Assembly: GCA_963737655.1 (NCBI GenBank)
Contig: CAVTTN010000002.1
Location: forward strand, 1,120,001 to 1,184,000
Length of the DNA stretch: 64,000 nucleotides
DNA from: an uncultured Planctomycetota bacterium
GTDB taxonomy: Bacteria; Planctomycetota; Planctomycetia; Isosphaerales; Isosphaeraceae
Direction of reading: 5' to 3'
Shown here: positions 61,038 to 64,000 of the stretch, one piece after another
Numbering within the stretch: position 1 is the first letter of the stretch
Layout: every line of letters begins with the position of its first letter
Program-made: the position numbers and the translations under genes
The notes under the pieces: model-generated
Database searches by the model: none
What the model was told of the DNA's origin: nothing
What the model saw: the letters and a program-made list of their open reading frames with translations, nothing else

Positions 61038-61998
61038 CGACCGCCTCCCTCGCCTCGGTCATCGCGGTCGCCGACGGCTTCCGCCCCCGACCCCGGGGCT
61101 TCGGCTGGTGCTTCCACCGGCGATGGAGCCAGAGGTACTGGTCGGGGTCGCGGCGGATGATCCGTTCCAACGCCGCCGTATAGCGTTGCGTCAACAGCTT
61201 CACGTCGTCGGACGTCCCGGTGAACTCCCCCGGCTCGATGATCGCGTCGCATCCCACCTCGTACCGGAACCCCGGGCCGATCCTCCGGGCGTAGCCGACG
61301 ACGACCGGAGCGTTGTGCTCCAAAGCCAGCAGGGCGATGGCCTTGTGGGTCGAGGCGGGTCGGCCGAAGAAGTCGACGTAGAGGCCGTTCTGACCGGCGT
61401 CCTGGTCGGCCAGGAACGACAGGACCCCTCCGTTGCGGAGGACGTCCAGCATCTGCTCGTAGCCCCCCTTCTTCGGGATCATCTTCTGGCCGGTCCGCTC
61501 GCGGAACGAGCGGAGGAAGCGGTCGAGGTGGGGATTGTCCAGCGTCCGGGCCACCGAATGAGGCGGGAACCCGAACACGCCGAACAGATACCCCGCCATC
61601 TCCCAGTTGCCGAAGTGGCCGGTCAGCATGATCACCGGCCCGCCCTTCAGCAAGCGATCGACGACCGGCTCATGGCCGACCAGGGTGATCCGGTCCCGCC
61701 AGGTGGTGGGATGGAGCTTCCGGGGGATGTGGAGGATCTCCATCAACATCCGGCAGAAGTGGCGAAACACCCCCCGGACGATCGCATCCCGCCGCTTTTC
61801 CGAATAGCGGTCGCCGAACGCCAGGCGCAGATTCTCCATCCCCACCCGCCGATGCCTCTTATCCAGGCGATAGAGGAGGGCGGCCAGGAGATCGGCGAAT
61901 CGATACGATTGCTCGACCCCAAACGCCTGGCACACGCCGACGACGACGCGGGCGGCGAGGTAAACCAGGTAATCCAGGGCAGGGCGACGGCGCTTCAC
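61030..61998 (-). CDS. Lipid A biosynthesis / lysophospholipid acyltransferase (HtrB/LpxL family)
   Basis: 'TGHFGNWE', 'LADQD', 'VDFFG', 'PDQYLWLHRRWK'. Confidence 0.9.
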   Translation of the reverse strand: MKRRRPALDYLVYLAARVVVGVCQAFGVEQSYRFADLLAALLYRLDKRHRRVGMENLRLAFGDRYSEKRRDAIVRGVFRHFCRMLMEILHIPRKLHPTTWRDRITLVGHEPVVDRLLKGGPVIMLTGHFGNWEMAGYLFGVFGFPPHSVARTLDNPHLDRFLRSFRERTGQKMIPKKGGYEQMLDVLRNGGVLSFLADQDAGQNGLYVDFFGRPASTHKAIALLALEHNAPVVVGYARRIGPGFRYEVGCDAIIEPGEFTGTSDDVKLLTQRYTAALERIIRRDPDQYLWLHRRWKHQPKPRGRGRKPSATAMTEAREAVGG

Positions 61999-62276
61999 GA
62001 CGGTCACTCCGTTGACCGAGAGGCCGGCGAAAGATCGGGCGATCGGCGAATCTAATCGGAAACGGCCGATCGCGGTAGGCGGATCGGCGGCGATTCGTGA
62101 CCCGGGCGCGGTGGTCGGCTCGTCGAACCGTCGATCCCGCAATCCCTTGCGGCCGTCCCGGCGACTCAGACGGATTCGTGGAGGTCCGGCGAGGATCGCA
62201 GTGAAAGGGCATGCCGGACCGCGAGACGAGGGCCGGGGCCGTCTCGGCGGACGGCCCTCGGCGGCGAGGCGCGGGG

Positions 62277-63884
62277 TCAGCTCACGTTGAAGGCGTCGGT
62301 GGTGGTCCCCGCCAGGCCGGCGGAGGTCAGCTTCAGCGTGTAGCCCTTGCCCTTCTTGCTGATCTTCAGGTTCGAGAACGTGACGACCCCGTTGACGGCC
62401 GAGACCGTGGTCGTGCCGCCGAGCGTCCCTACCCCCGGGTTGGTCCCGATGGCGATCGTCACGGCGTTGTTCGCCGAGGTCACGAGGTTCCCGTACTGGT
62501 CCTCGACCGCCGCGACGACGGTGAACGCGGTGTTGGCCGCGACCCCGGAGGGCCCCTGGGTGACGACGATCTGCGAGGCCGCCGCGGGCGTGATGGCGAA
62601 CGCCGCCGAGGTACCCGTCGCCAGGCCGACCCCGGAGATGTTCAGCGAGTAGCCCGAGCCGGCCCGGGTGAGCGTCAGGCCCGAGAAGCTGGCCACGCCG
62701 TTCGAGGCCGTCACGGTGGTCGTCCCGCCGAGCGTCCCGCCGCCGGGGTTGCTGCCGAGCGAGACGGTCAAAGGGCCGTTGTATGAGGTCAGGACGTCCC
62801 CCGAGGCGTCCTCGGCGGCGACGGTCAGGCCGAAGCCCGATCCGGCCGTCACGCGGCTCGGCGTCTGCTGCGTGACCGTGACCGGCGACGTCGAGAAGCC
62901 GGCGGTGCCGACGGCGGTGGTGCCGAAATCGGTGAACCAGAGGCTGCCGTCGGGGCCGGTCGTGATGGATCGGGGGACGCTCCCGGCGTCGGGGATCGCC
63001 GATTCGGTGATCGCGTGGCTCGTCGGGTCGATCCGTCCGAGCTTGCCCGAGGCGTATTCGGCGAACCAGATGCCGCCGTCGGGGCCGTTGGTCAGGCCCC
63101 AGGAATTCGAGGAGGTCGCGAACGAGGTGAACGCGTGGGTCGTGGCGTTGATCGTCCCGACTTTGGGGGGGCTGGTGAAGTCCTCCGTGAACCAGAGGTT
63201 GCCGTCGGGGCCCGAGAGGATCCCCTCGGGCGACGAATCGACAGCGACGTAGCCGACCGCCAGGGTCGTCGGATTGATGAAACCCACCTCGTCATAGCCC
63301 TGAACGGTGAACCAGACGTTTCCGTCGGACCCGGCGGCGATGCCGTGGCCGAAGACGGCCTGGATCGTGGGCAGGGCGACCTCGCGGATCGCGTGCGTGG
63401 TCGGGTTGATGATCCCGACCTTGAACGCTCGGAACTCGGTGAACCAGAGATTGCCGTCGGGCCCGGCGGTGATCTCGGTCGGGCCGGAGTTCGCCGTCGG
63501 AGTGGGGAACTCGATGATGGCATGGGTCGTCGGGTTGATCACGCCGACCTTGCCGACGCCGCTCTCGGCGAACCAGAGATTGCCGTCCGAACCGACGGCG
63601 ATCCCTTGCGGACCGGAACTCGCCGTGGGGATCGTGAACGAGCTGAGGGTTCCGGTCGCCGGGTTGATCGTGCCGATGGCATTGGATGACGCCTCGGTGA
63701 ACCACAGGTTGCCGTCGGGCCCGGTGACGATCCCTCCGGTTGCGAGGTTGACGCTCGGCACGGGCGATTCGGTGATCGACCCGATGCCCGAGAGCAGCGT
63801 CCGCCCTTCGAGGCATTCGACGCGGAGGACGTGACGAGGGCGACGCCGGGCCGGAGAGGGCCTCGGAACTCGATGGTACAGCAT
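62277..63884 (-). CDS. Secreted Vgb (virginiamycin B lyase)-like beta-propeller with two C-terminal Ig-like domains
   Basis: 'VECLEGRTLLS' export motif, seven 'GPDGNLWFTE'-type repeats, duplicated 'NPG.GTLGGTTTV.A.NGV..FS.L....G.GY.L'. Confidence 0.85.
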   Translation of the reverse strand: MLYHRVPRPSPARRRPRHVLRVECLEGRTLLSGIGSITESPVPSVNLATGGIVTGPDGNLWFTEASSNAIGTINPATGTLSSFTIPTASSGPQGIAVGSDGNLWFAESGVGKVGVINPTTHAIIEFPTPTANSGPTEITAGPDGNLWFTEFRAFKVGIINPTTHAIREVALPTIQAVFGHGIAAGSDGNVWFTVQGYDEVGFINPTTLAVGYVAVDSSPEGILSGPDGNLWFTEDFTSPPKVGTINATTHAFTSFATSSNSWGLTNGPDGGIWFAEYASGKLGRIDPTSHAITESAIPDAGSVPRSITTGPDGSLWFTDFGTTAVGTAGFSTSPVTVTQQTPSRVTAGSGFGLTVAAEDASGDVLTSYNGPLTVSLGSNPGGGTLGGTTTVTASNGVASFSGLTLTRAGSGYSLNISGVGLATGTSAAFAITPAAASQIVVTQGPSGVAANTAFTVVAAVEDQYGNLVTSANNAVTIAIGTNPGVGTLGGTTTVSAVNGVVTFSNLKISKKGKGYTLKLTSAGLAGTTTDAFNVS

Positions 63885-64000
63885 CTCGTTGGATCTCCAG
63901 GGAATCCCGGCCCGCCGCTGATCGACGCGGATCTCGCGGCGGCCTCGATCCGACCGGCGACCATCGCCGGGGTCTTCCCCTGTCCTGGACGCCGCTCGGG

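Noticed and set aside
62277..63884. Streptogramin resistance gene (vgb)
   Set aside because: The export motif and Ig-like domains indicate a surface beta-propeller; the fold alone does not imply lyase activity.

Overview
High-GC chromosomal segment, most likely from a Planctomycete of the Isosphaeraceae type (inferred from DUF1573, DUF2617, a PVC-type CxxCH haem protein, 'LExRxLL' N-terminal export motifs and fae-mtd). It holds about 48 genes. Housekeeping genes: type II topoisomerase A and B subunits split by a Uma2 endonuclease, argS, rsfS, arfB, folD, moaB, an rsmG-trmH fusion and an lpxL-like acyltransferase. Gene clusters: a methyltransferase-flippase-GT-C-CDP-alcohol phosphotransferase operon, an inositol-3-phosphate synthase/UbiA (ebo-like) cluster interrupted by a two-gene insert, and H4MPT C1 genes. 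The left edge has a lower-GC membrane protein gene missing from the ORF track, then about 1.8 kb of apparently non-coding DNA with a perfect 25-bp-arm palindrome and phased direct repeats. Several palindromic repeat families are scattered through the window (GTAG-type REPs and 9-nt-periodic inverted repeats), and five genes take their stop codon from a repeat end. At least six frameshifts, including one in the topoisomerase B gene, fall at GRGCYC sites, which suggests methylation-linked sequencing errors rather than pseudogenes. No rRNA, tRNA, CRISPR array, transposase or integrase was recognised. All family assignments are by eye, without database searches.
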